This document shows, in pieces, positions 12,698 through 23,466 of a stretch of DNA of 42,924 bases. The stretch's first letter is position 1. Every line of letters starts with the position of its first letter. The stretch comes from Welwitschia mirabilis (Eukaryota). Position numbers and translations under genes: made by a program. Under the pieces are notes generated by a model. The model searched no databases and was not told the origin of the DNA. It saw only the letters and a list, made by a program, of their open reading frames with translations. The stretch lies in the NCBI GenBank assembly GCA_051453625.1, contig JBOZIK010000001.1, positions 23,056,870 through 23,099,793 on the forward strand, read 5' to 3'.

Positions 12698-14045
12698 TGT
12701 TAGATTATGTTTTGCCCATTGATTTCAATTTTTTTCTGTATGGTAAATTTTATGTATCTTGTGCAAAAGATATTAATTACTTGTAGGTCAAAAGATGAAA
12801 TCAAAACCATTGAATTCTGAGCACTAGAAACTTGTTAGTTCATTTACCCTCTTGAGGGGTTAACCAGATTTTCAAGGGGTCGACTGCGCCTAAAGTAGAC
12901 AGATAAAATAAACTGAATCTAGAGGGATCAACCAAATTACTGATGGGATCAACCAGATTTGTAACCTCGAGAACCAGTATCCTTGGACTGAATGACAAGG
13001 GGTCGACCGGATCTTTATGGGATCAACCAGATTTGAAAACCTGATAAACAATATCTCTGGACTAAATGATAAGAGGTCAACTAGATCTATGATGGGGTTA
13101 ATTAGATGTGTGAACAAAGGAAAAGTACTCCTAAACTGATTGTCAAGGGGTCGACCGAACCTATGATAGGGTCGACCAGACCTGAGCACTGTGCAGATGG
13201 TACTCCCAAGCTGATCATCATGGGGTCAACCAGATACCTGAAAGGATCGACTAGACCTAATGCTAGAAACTAGAAAGATCTTTATTAGGATAAGTAAGAG
13301 ATTGGATTTTATAGTGGGCGACGAGAATGGGGTCGATCACACCCAAATGGAGTTGACCAAACATAAATCCATAAGAAATTGGGGTGACCGAAATTTTTAC
13401 TTTGATGACCTGTGTAAGTCACGGTACCAGGTAGGTTCGACTGAACTTTTGAGGGGTTGACTAGATGAAAAGGAACTAAAATTTTCTATCCATTATTATG
13501 TATCTATTTTATATCTGTTAAATAGTCATTTCCTAGCTATTTATAGCCATTGGAAGTGCATTTCAAATGTAATAAACCCTAAAATCCTTTCAATATAAAT
13601 AGCTAAAAGATAGATAACTATAAAATCCTTTGAAACCATTTTCAATTATGTTAATCTTTTGGATCTAAGAAACTGGTACTGTGATCTTGAGGTATTTGTT
13701 GTTGAGTCTTGGCATCTGTAATTCTGAACAAGGAAGATTTATTGTTTGTATCATCTCTACATTCAATATCAGGTTTAGTGTATCATCTATTGTACATCTA
13801 TGAGAGAAGAGCTCCATCAAATCTACTAAATGAAGAATGAGTGATATCAGTGCATCACGGCATTCTTACCATCACTGCTACATACTCTGAAGGTTAAGAC
13901 TGAGCCTTAAAAGATCGATTTGTAAAGGTTACAAGTGAACCTAAAATACCTGAAAGAATTAACAAAGATTCAGATCAAGCTTGGGGAATATATTATTTCG
14001 ATTTTTAAGAACTTATTCATTCCCTCATGGTTCTTGATCTTATCA
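12698..14045 (+). repeat. Sirevirus 3' LTR
   Basis: TG...CA termini; GTCGAC repeat array ~12856-13465; AAACCCTAA at 13574; TATAAATAG at 13594; near-terminal ATTCATTCCCTC resembling the Sirevirus ATTCACCCCC motif. Confidence 0.9.
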
Positions 14046-14050
14046 CCTTA
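14046..14050. other. Target-site duplication of the Sirevirus (CCTTA; left copy CCTTT at 6986-6990)
   Basis: The uninterrupted solo LTR has a single CCTTA at the homologous site (GATGACCCTTATAGTCTATG, ~21398-21417). Confidence 0.85.
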
Positions 14051-14394
14051 TAGTCTATGTTTCCCTTGATCTATTGATAATTTCTTAAGTGATATAGATT
14101 ATCAAGGGTGGCCTTTATTATAGCTAAAATCAAGTAGTATTAGTTCCATTTTGCATTGCATATTAGAGCAGGTTACATCTTGCTTTTGCATTATACCTTT
14201 TATTTCTTACATTATTCCTTATTTCTGATTTCTATTATTCTTCTGTAAAGAAATCTGAGTTTCATCCCATAGTCTTCAATATGAATACGACATTTTAGGT
14301 CTACTTCCACTCATACTAGTGTGTTGTATTGTGTAAGATATAAATGATAGAATCCCTTTAAACTTAAGAACTTGCATAAATACGTACTGCAAAA
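14046..14394 (+). repeat. Athila-type LTR, 3' part
   Basis: Collinear with solo LTR ~21404-21765; ends TGCAAAA (TGCAACA in the solo copy). Confidence 0.88.
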
Positions 14395-14397
14395 ACT

Positions 14398-14415
14398 TGG
14401 TATCATTTCTGGGGA
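14398..14415 (+). promoter_or_regulatory. Primer binding site, probably a decayed tRNA-Asp type
   Basis: TGGTATCATTTCTGGGGA, 3 nt after the LTR end. Matches the Athila PBS TGGCGCCGTTGCCGGGGA at 12/18, with 5 of 6 differences being C>T or G>A. Confidence 0.7.
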
Positions 14416-14873
14416 AGCCTATTGAGAAGTATAAGAGTTGTTGTTGTTTAGTTGAGTATATCGGATCTTTGTTTGATTATTTATCTATAACGACATTGTA
14501 TTTTATTAGGAACTGTAGGTTTTTTGATTTGCAGTTTTTCTGTTTCAGTTTCTAGTCTATTTCTGTTTTTCTAGTTTCTATGTGTGTCGTCCCTTTTTTC
14601 GTCCACATGATAGATAGGATGATGGTCTGTTATTTTTTATATTGTTTTCTATTATCTAGTATTTACAGGATGATGTAATATGGTCAATCTTGAGAAGAAA
14701 AATCAGAGAGAAAGGCTACTGATAGAGAAGAACATTAAAGAAGGACTAGTAGATATAGCAAATAAGTCAAAAAACAATCTCTAGGTGCACTTAATCCTCC
14801 TTCCGAATTTTTTTTTTTTTGTAAATCTGTTTTTCTTACCGAAAATCCTATAGAAGGAGAAAACCAATTCACA

Positions 14874-17453
14874 ATATCAAGTGCCTCCTGTAAGCACAAA
14901 CAAGTCATAGGATCTTTTACTCCTTATGCAAACGTTACCTTAAGGGAATTGTAAGCTAACAGGAAATGAGAGATTCTAACCCCTTTTGATCTACTTCTAG
15001 TAGATGATGTTAAGCTTAAAAATTTAAATGCCTATGCAACTTTTAGTGAAGAAGATGATGAAGATTCCCTTCAACACATAGTTGATATAGAATAATTAAT
15101 CCTTACCTTAGAAAATGGAAAGAAAAACATAACGGATAGAATATATATGGTAATCTTTTCGATAACATTAAAGAGTTGAGTGAAAAATTGGCTAAAAATC
15201 ATACGCCACAAAAGTTTAAAAACATAGGACCAAGTCTAGGAAACCTTTCTAAAGGGATTTATGAGTGAAGAAATCATGAGGGAAAAAAAGGAGGTAACAA
15301 ACTTTCAACAAAAACCAAATGAATACTATGCCTCCATATATAAGTGTTTCTTTGTAGCCTACCATTCTAATATAGTAGATGCTTTTTCATCAATAGAACT
15401 AATAGACTACTTTATAGTGGGCTAATTCCACACCCAAAACAACTTGTATATTTTCCTTATGAAGGAAACCTTATGAACCTTATATTAAATAATGCCTGGA
15501 GAAAATTAGAAGAACTTGTAAAGGTTAGTTAGATTTGCTCAAATCCTAAAGAAAATCCAACTATAGGCCAACTCATCAAAGACTTAAAAGAGGTTAAACA
15601 ACAAAAAGAGGTAGAATTTAATCCTATAAATTCCATAAGAGATTTTACAAAAACTTTGGAGGAGTATGCAGAAATGATCTTAGATGCCAAATCCACAACC
15701 AAAAGAAATGTTGTGCAAACTTATGATTTAGGTGAGGATAATTATCATGTCATTAAAAATTATCTTCTTTTGCCAATATACAAAGAAAAAATACATGAAG
15801 AAGTTTGTGCCTTCAACCAACCATCTCAAAACTTTAGAAATCAAAATCAAGCACAACCTAGGTTAAACACTTATTTTCAAAATAATTCTTAATCTTTTAG
15901 AAACTGATTCGAAAACACAAATTACCAACTAGGACCATAAAACTTTCAACATCCAAATGATCAAATCATAAACCTTATGGAGGAACTTAGAAGAACACAT
16001 ACCACTATTGAAAACATGGTAAATATTTTTCAACAAATAATACTAGCAAATCAAAGACCTCAAGAAACTTTAGCAACACAACTTTTACTAAACCCAAATG
16101 AACTAAGAAAAGATTGTAAGGTTATGACAAGAAGTGGACAAGAAATAAATCCTCCTCCAAATGAACCTTCCAGCTCCAAAAATGATTTTAGAAATGATGA
16201 ACAAAGAAGAGGAAGAGGACATTAAGATATTAGAAGATTACAACTTCCCTTCTCTTGATAAAACCAAAAAGAAAAATCCTTCTTAACAAACCATCCCTTG
16301 GCTTGATATTCTTAACAATAATTTAATGTTTAATGAACATCTTAAAGCCTTAATGAAAAACATAAGCATAAAATTACCATTTTGGAAATTTTGCAACAAA
16401 ATCTAGCATACTCAAAACTTTGGAAGGACTTAGTAAGAAGAAAATAAAAATGAATCATTCCTAGCAAAGTCTTTCTAGCACAATATCTCACGAATTTAGT
16501 GTCACAAAAATTACCTAAATTTAAAGATCCAGGAGTAGCAATGATGAATGTGATTTTAAAGGAAAATAAAAATATTAGAAAAGCCTTAATAGATATTAGA
16601 GTGAGTGTTAATATTATGCCACTTTACATTTGTAAGAGACTTGGTTTGGAGGATAGAATAGAGCCTACTCCGATTGTCTTAGAATTAGGAGACACTTCAG
16701 TTCAGAAACCATTAGGTGTTATTAATTATTTGGAGATAAAAATAGAAGAGGCTTGCTCCCCCCTAGATGTAATTATCATAGAAGTTGAGCATAACAGAGG
16801 ATATCCTTTTTACTTCTAGGAAGAGCCTTTTGTACAACAGCCCACTGCATTATTGATACAAGAGCTAGAACAATGAAATGTCATTTTGGAAATAGAAAGT
16901 TTACAATTAAAGTCTTTAATGTAGCTAAGAAAGATTTAGGTGATGATATGAACATTGAAGATAATGTTAAACCCATTTTATTTTTACAACATCACCCACT
17001 TGAAGAAAGAGAGATGAAATCAGATAAGTATATTCTTTGTGTTAACCAACTTAAAAGTAAAGAAGAAATACAACCTTTAGAGTGTAAGGAAGTTCAACTT
17101 TTTAAGAAAGATTATGAGGGAGATTGTCCATTACATAAGCCAAAAATTGACAATCATAATTTGAATTTGAATGAAAATTTTTTTAATGGACTTGAATATA
17201 ATTTTTTTGGTGATATTCAAAATAAAATTCTTACATTCAATGAAAATCTTTTACCCAAATTACCATTTCTCTCCCCTTTAACTTCCAAAATTTATGTTTT
17301 AATATGGTATCATAAAGTACTCTCCATTACTCCTCTTTTCATCTAATTGATTTTACTTGGAAATAATTATACATTTTTTATTTTTTATCAATTGGTAAAT
17401 TTTTGGTTTGAACCTTATTTCTCTGAATACCTTGAGACCAAAATAGATCCTTA
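14874..17453 (+). pseudogene. gag: Degenerate gag-aspartic protease, copy 3
   Basis: ORFs 15656-15892, 15977-16225 (NPNELRKDCKVMTRSGQEI), 16499-16819 (KLPKFKDPG...ALIDIRVSVNIMP) and 16873-17346. Confidence 0.85.
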
Positions 17454-19499
17454 ACTTTCCCTTCTTTTTTTTTTCAATAAAAGTGTGAGTTAGATTTAGG
17501 AATTGAATAAAATTTGATTGCCTTGGAATTTTTCTTTCAGCTTTCTATTCTGATAGTCTCTATTTTTATTTTTCCGCTTTTAGTTTTTGTTTATGTTCAT
17601 AGTTTTTATTTTCTATTTCTGCAATAATAAATCTATCACCTCCTCTATCATCCCCATGATAGATAGAACGACAGTGAGTTTTTATTATTTTCCAGCTTTC
17701 TGATAATTTTCTGTGTTTTCTAATAAATTTTCTGTTTCTCTAGCTCTGTCGTCCTCTGTGTCATTTGGACGATGAGAGGATGACAATAAATAAATGATTT
17801 TTATTTTTTTTATTTGAAAAAATACATTTTTATGGCTTTGTTGAGATTTTTGACTTAACTACTTAAGAATTTTAGAAAGTAAATGAGGAAAATTTGGAAT
17901 TTCAGGAGCAAACCATTTAAATTTTCTCTTAGCTCTTTCCTTTGGAGGTTATTATGATATTACTTGATCATTTTTCAAACTTGACCTATGTATTTATCTC
18001 TGTGAATAGTATTTTAACTTGGGCATTTCAGTGATAAGATGGGATTCACTCAATATTAGGACATTCACATGTCCATGAACTTCAGTTTGAAGGGGGATGC
18101 TTCTTTTTCTCAATGGTGAAAAGGTCTTAGATTGTTTAAGAGTGTTCTTTTTTGTCATTATCTTATGACTTTCACCTTTATCTTTTGCAATGTTTTGTCA
18201 TGAGGAATGTTTATTTTGTTTTTTTTTAAAAAAAAGGTAAAATAAGCTCATGATGTTTTATTTGTGATATTTCAAAAACATGATCCCCATGATGTCCTAC
18301 AGCAAGTACACTAGGATAGATATTTCCAAGAGGAGCCTTTGGTAGTGTAATATGGTAGCTATGCGAACTCCAATGGAAGGTCAGATAGCCATGCTTTACA
18401 GGTCCTTACTTCTCTGATGTTGGCTACACTCCCCTCATCATGAATAATAAAGTTGTATTTAACTTTGAGGCTATTGGATCAGTAGTGTTTCTTGTGTCAT
18501 CAGAGGCATTACTTGTTTCTTAGACTCTTAGTCTTTCCATATGATCATTTCATTTCTTGAGATTTAGGTGTTTGTTTTAAGATGATGGTAGCTAAGTTCA
18601 TTTTTGAGCAATTCTTTGATCTGATCATTCATTTTATCTTTAGCATCATCATTACCACTACCTCATTAAATGGAATCTTTTATACATCAATTCATGCATT
18701 TTTCACATCAAGTGATGTTATGATTTCTTTCATGGGAATCTGCTAAGTTAAAATATCAGATAGGTGAGCTATCTTTTACTTCTGTTACCTTCTGTCCATT
18801 CTTTTTGTTTTCTTTTATGGTTTGGTTAGTTATTTTAAAGTCATTACTGTATTTTCTTATCATCATGCCTTTCATATTCAGTTTTCAATAAAAGCAGATT
18901 TCTTGCTTAGTTGAGTTTTCTTAATAAATTTTACTTTTGGTATTGTAAGCACTTCTCTTAATTATTTTTGTGATGGAACATTTTTATTATCCACTCTTTT
19001 TCTTTACTTGTCAGAATATTCCATAGATCTATATTTTTCACATCTGACATTACTCAGCTTTACACTTCCTTTTAACAAGTTATCCTTTTTTACTTGCCTT
19101 CTTGCTTCTGTTTACTTTCTTTACTTTATTTTCCAATGCAAGACATATTACTTTTTCTTTAAGATGGGTATAGACCCATTTTCATGGCTTATTTTCAAAA
19201 AATTTTAACTTAATCTAGATCTTTTTANNNNNNNNNNNNNNNNNNNNNNNNNNNNNNNNNNNNNNNNNNNNNNNNNNNNNNNNNNNNNNNNNNNNNNNNN
19301 NNNNNNNNNNNNNNNNNNNNNNNNNNNCTCATTAACATCTTTGCCTTTCCCAATAATTTGGTAATGACAAGTTCGTAGTAATGACTAATGAGTAATGACA
19401 AGTTTGAGTTTTTGACCAACATAGTTATTCGTTTCATTAATATTTAATATGGTGTATTCTAACACTTGTCTAATATTTAGAAATGCTCTATGCCTTATC

Positions 19500-19666
19500 T
19501 AAATGCATAAAATTCCTCTTTCTTTCAAAAAGTATTCGAAAACCCAAACTATTTTGGCCTTCCCGATTTTCTACCAAGTTTTGCCGAGTTTGCTAGGGTT
19601 GGCTAACGAGTCCGAGTCCAAGGTAGCGAAACGAGTTTGGTACCCAGTCCGAGTTTCACAACCATG
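19500..19666. mobile_element. Probable terminus of a hAT-like DNA transposon/MITE (other end not seen, possibly lost in the gap)
   Basis: Ends ...CCGAGTTTCACAACCATG (reverse complement CATGGTTGTGAAACTCGG) with five subterminal CGAGT motifs; abrupt junction to CRM protease sequence. Confidence 0.5.
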
Positions 19667-20569
19667 ATTTTTATTAAGATGGTGAAAAAGTTGAAGTTGG
19701 AGATGGCTCGGTATCGACTCTCTTGGTTGCAAAAAGGAAGCAATGTTACAGTTACAAAGCAATGCCTAGTCAACATTAAAATTGCTAATTTTTATGATCA
19801 AGTTCATTGTGATGTTCTTGCCACTTATTATTAAGTGAACCATGCTAATATAATACTAAGTACATGAATAACAAGGAAATTAATACTTGCATTGTAATTG
19901 ATAAGAATGGAAAGAGATTTAGTTGTTACCAGAGCTAAAGGATGTTTAAGAGCACAAGGCAGGTGTCCACTTCTTACAAATGAAGGAAGTAATAAGCGAA
20001 ATAAAAGAAGAAGGCTATGGCATAGCAATGGCATCAAAGGTGTTTTCAGAACAGCATTCATAGGAGAACCCGATAGAAGTAAAAAAATGTATTAAAATCA
20101 TTTACAGATATTCTTGTTGATGATTTACCTTCTGGCTTACTACCATCTGGCTTACTACCAATTGGGAGCATAAATCATCAAATAGATCTAGTGCCTGATG
20201 CTTCACTCCCAAACAAAGCACCATACAGGATAGCACCACATGAAAGAAAGGAGATAAGTAGATAGATATAACAGTTGCTACAAAAAGGATTGATCAAGGA
20301 AAGTTTGTTGCCATGTTTTATTCCAATAGTCTTAACTCCAAAGGATAGCAAGCAGTTGCACATGTGTGTTGATTAAAGACCCATCAACAAAATAACCATC
20401 AGGTATTGCTTTCCTATGTCTTGAATGGATTTAGATTTTGGATTGTCTCACAAGAGCATCTATTTTTAGCAAGATAGATTTGAAGAATGAATACCATCAA
20501 ATTCGTTTCCGAGAAGATATGCAGAAGACAGCCTTTAAGACCCTAGGTGGGTTGTACGAATGGTTGGTG
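19667..20569 (+). pseudogene. pol: Ty3/gypsy CRM-type (centromeric chromovirus) protease-RT fragment
   Basis: YRLSWLQKGSNVTVTKQCLVNIKIANFYDQVHCDV and DLPSGL...HQIDLVPDASLPNKAPYR...MCVD*RPINKITI...[14 protein letters not shown]...[15 protein letters not shown]. Truncated immediately before the expected MPFGL. Confidence 0.85.
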
Positions 20570-22633
20570 TGTTGATATATGGAGCCAAATTTGTTTTATT
20601 ACCTTTGTAATGCTCCTAGTGTTACGTTTTTACGTTCCCCATTTTAATATTGTAAATGAAAGAGATATCAAACCTTCCTTAGGGGTGTTGCTAGATGTTG
20701 CGCTGCCAATTTCTGGTTATTTAATGGGGTTTTATGAGTTGTTTTACAGGACTTTTACACAGGTTTAGGTGCAATTCTGAAGATTTTATAGATACAATAG
20801 GAAGTCTCGGAAATGTGCAATTCTTACCCTGATTTTTGTATTAAAAGCACATTCTGATGCACAGAGCTTTAAAAAGGAATTACTAACAAAAATGCTAAGT
20901 TTCTCCTTAAGAAAACGATTAAGAAGACCGTCGTCCCCTTTGTCGTCCCCATGACATGCAGGACGACGACACTGCTGGTTGCTGACGTGGATTGCCGAAT
21001 CACTACTGAGTCGTCATTCTCAGTCATCTTTTGTAATGAGCTGTCATCCCCATTATCGTCCGGACAATAGTCAGGACAACACTGACATGTAACCGACTCT
21101 AACAGCGACCCTTGACCATTTCGTCCATCTTACTGCACCTTCTGTTTGTCACTTTCTGCTATGAGTTGTTATAAATAAATCCCCCTTCGACTCTCCTTCT
21201 CATCTTCGTTGCACCAGAAATTCTCATGATAAGGGATCGTAGGGCGAGAGATCCATCTCGAGTGTTACAGAAAGACGTTCCTTTGGTGAAAGGTTGTGTA
21301 TCCTTCATTGAAGCTCGACTATTTTGAAACCAGACGCTTCTTACGCATTCTTAATATAAACTTTGTTTTGTTTTCATGTTTGCATTGTAGATTTTCTGAT
21401 GACCCTTATAGTCTATGTTGCCCTTGATCTGATGACAATTTCTTGGGTGATGTAGATTATCAAGGGAAGCCTTTGTTAAGACTGAAAGCAAGTAGTATTA
21501 GTTCCATTTTGCATTAAATGTTAAATTAGGTTGCATTTTGCATTTGCATTGTACCTTTTATTTCTTGCATTGTTCCTTATTTTTCATTCCTATTATTATT
21601 TTGCAAAGAAATCTGAGTCTCATCTCATAGTCTTTAATGTGAATACGACATTTCAGGTTTACTTCCACTTATACTAATGTTTTGTATTGTGTAAGATGTC
21701 TATTTATTTTATGAATGACAGAATCCTTTTGAACTTGAGCACTTGCACAAATACACATTGCAACAAAGAACCCCTCAATTTAACCCCATGACTAAAGATT
21801 TATTTTATGTACTTTGGGTATTTTTTGGAATGATGCCATTAGGCCTTTGAAATCCTCATTGTAAACGATAATCCTAACCTATAAATATCACAACTCTCCT
21901 CAATTGGAGGACAATTCTTCACAGTAAATCATTTGTTAAAGATTTTGTAGATTTAGTCATGGGCTCCTTCTAAGCCTCTCATAGGGAGGGGTTAGTTACC
22001 AAGATTGCATGATGCTCCTTGGTTTAGCATGAATATATTTCTAGATTGGATGCTTTACTTTTCAGATAATAAAGTGATACATGTTTTTGGTGCATTACTT
22101 TGATATTAAGTGATGAATGTCATACTTGTTATACTTAGGATTGGCTAATGCATGCTTTCACTTTAAGGTCTATTTTAGTAATTCTCCTTTTTATTCTAGC
22201 TTGTATAACTTAGATGTTTCTTTGATGGATCTTGAGAGATCCTTACTTTTCATGCTTATTTTATTCTTGCTGTGAAGGCTAAGTGGATTGGTTATATCAC
22301 CCTAACATCTATTGTGGATGAGATTATGGGATTGTGCTTGATCTTGGAGTACATAAACACTCATGATCATACTGGGTCATATCATTGTAAATGAGTCAAG
22401 AAGTAAAGCTACATGTTTTCACCTTAAGTACTTATACTTTTCCTTGAAGTTGTTATGTTAGTTTGAATGCTATGTTCCATTCTTGATCTCTAATATCATT
22501 TGACTCTCTACTAATCTTTACTATTATCTTATTTCACTGATAACTTTTCTCATCTATCTCTGTGGAAGAATGACACTGAGACTATGCTATAAATGAAAGG
22601 CCTAGTATTTTTGGTAAAAGTTGGATTTGATCA
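20570..22633 (+). repeat. Probable LTR of a further gypsy family, interrupting the CRM RT and hosting the solo LTR
   Basis: Starts TGTTGA exactly where RT homology stops; CTATAAATA at 21879; Athila-like end CTCTGTGGAAGAATGACAC...ATCA. No second copy or TSD in the window. Confidence 0.4.
20696..21765 (+). mobile_element. Solo LTR (1070 bp) of the Athila-type family
   Basis: TGTTGC...GCAACA inverted termini; full-length homology to 6262-6990 plus 14046-14394; no PBS or PPT adjacent. Confidence 0.9.
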
Positions 22634-22663
22634 TGAAAGGTTTGTATCCCTAGAGAAATCTTA

Positions 22664-22790
22664 TGATTCACTATATATTAATAATAGATACAAGTGTACC
22701 CAAATTTCATCACAAGTAAAGAGTATTAGAGAGTAAGGGTTAATCACCACCCCTTGGGAATGCCTCATGCCAATAATTTGTAAGAGTAGA
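22664..22790 (-). repeat. Possible inverted Athila-like LTR end fragment
   Basis: CAAGTGTAC...CAAGTAAAGAGTA...AGTAAGGGT...CCCTTGGGAAT resembles the reverse complement of Athila U5 ends; motif resemblance only. Confidence 0.3.
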
Positions 22791-23160
22791 AACTAAATGC
22801 TCTTGACTTGTCATATTCCTTCTTGGGCCATTTTTAAATAATTATGAATGCTATCTACTTGTTGTGAATGGTGTAACATATTAAGAAGATTCTAATCTAA
22901 TGAGTCATATTTTTATTGTGTTTTACCTTATGGCTTGTATTCAAGGATGTTAGCTACGAAAAAAGACATGACATAACTTCAAGATTAATATTAAGGTTTT
23001 ATATTATATGCTTTAAATAATTGTTAGCAAGTGCATGTTTTTAGTTTTTGTAGATATTGTTTGAGTTTGTTATTATTACAAATTGTTGTTACTAGTATTT
23101 TTGTATATGCTTTTAACTATTTTTTATAAATCAGGTTAGAAAGTCTTATTCTACTTGCAA

Positions 23161-23466
23161 AAGGGTTTTCCTTACATTCATTCAAAGATACTCATTTAAG
23201 GTGCTCAACTAGATCTTGCAAGATGAACAAGAAGTAATTGAAATCCTATTTTAGTTAATACACACAAATCTGATTTGGAAATTTTACAAAAATAAAGGAA
23301 GAAACAAAAGATGCACAAGGGTTTGCTTTACGTTCATTTAAAGATACTATGTCAGGTGCTTAACTAAATCTTGCAAGTTGAACAAGAAGAAATGGAAATC
23401 CTATTGCAGCTAGTACACAAAAATTTGATTGTGAAATTTTACAAAATAAAGGAAGAAACAAAAGCC
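23161..23466. repeat. Tandem duplication, 2 x ~156 bp
   Basis: AAGGGTTT...AAAGATACT...ATCTTGCAAG.TGAACAAGAAG...AAATCCTATT...AAATAAAGGAAGAAACAAAAG at 23161 and 23317. Confidence 0.85.

Larger units (their letters stand above)
6991..14045 (+). mobile_element. Ty1/copia LTR retrotransposon, SIRE/Sirevirus lineage, degenerate, no env-like ORF seen
   Basis: Two homologous LTRs starting TGTTAGATTATG (6991, 12698); 3' LTR ends TATCA; TSD CCTTT/CCTTA; domain order gag-PR-INT-RT-RH; multiple PPTs and GTCGAC palindromic LTR repeats typical of Sireviruses. Confidence 0.92.
14395..19227 (+). mobile_element. Athila-type element internal region copy 3 (PBS to near the 3' end, cut by an N-gap)
   Basis: Contiguous sequence: PBS, 5' UTR, gag-PR, then ~1.8 kb 3' region matching 4360-6080. 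No RT/RH/INT motifs. Confidence 0.88.

Noticed and set aside
12890..13460. ORFs 12890-13189 (-) and 13260-13460 (+)
   Set aside because: Chance open frames through LTR repeats, with no equivalent ORFs in the 5' LTR.
21830..21853. ATGATGCCATTAGGCCTT (MMPLGL) as the continuation of the CRM RT (VMPFGL)
   Set aside because: Similarity ends immediately (*NPHCKR), there is no TSD, and it lies within LTR-like sequence just before a TATA box; probably coincidence.
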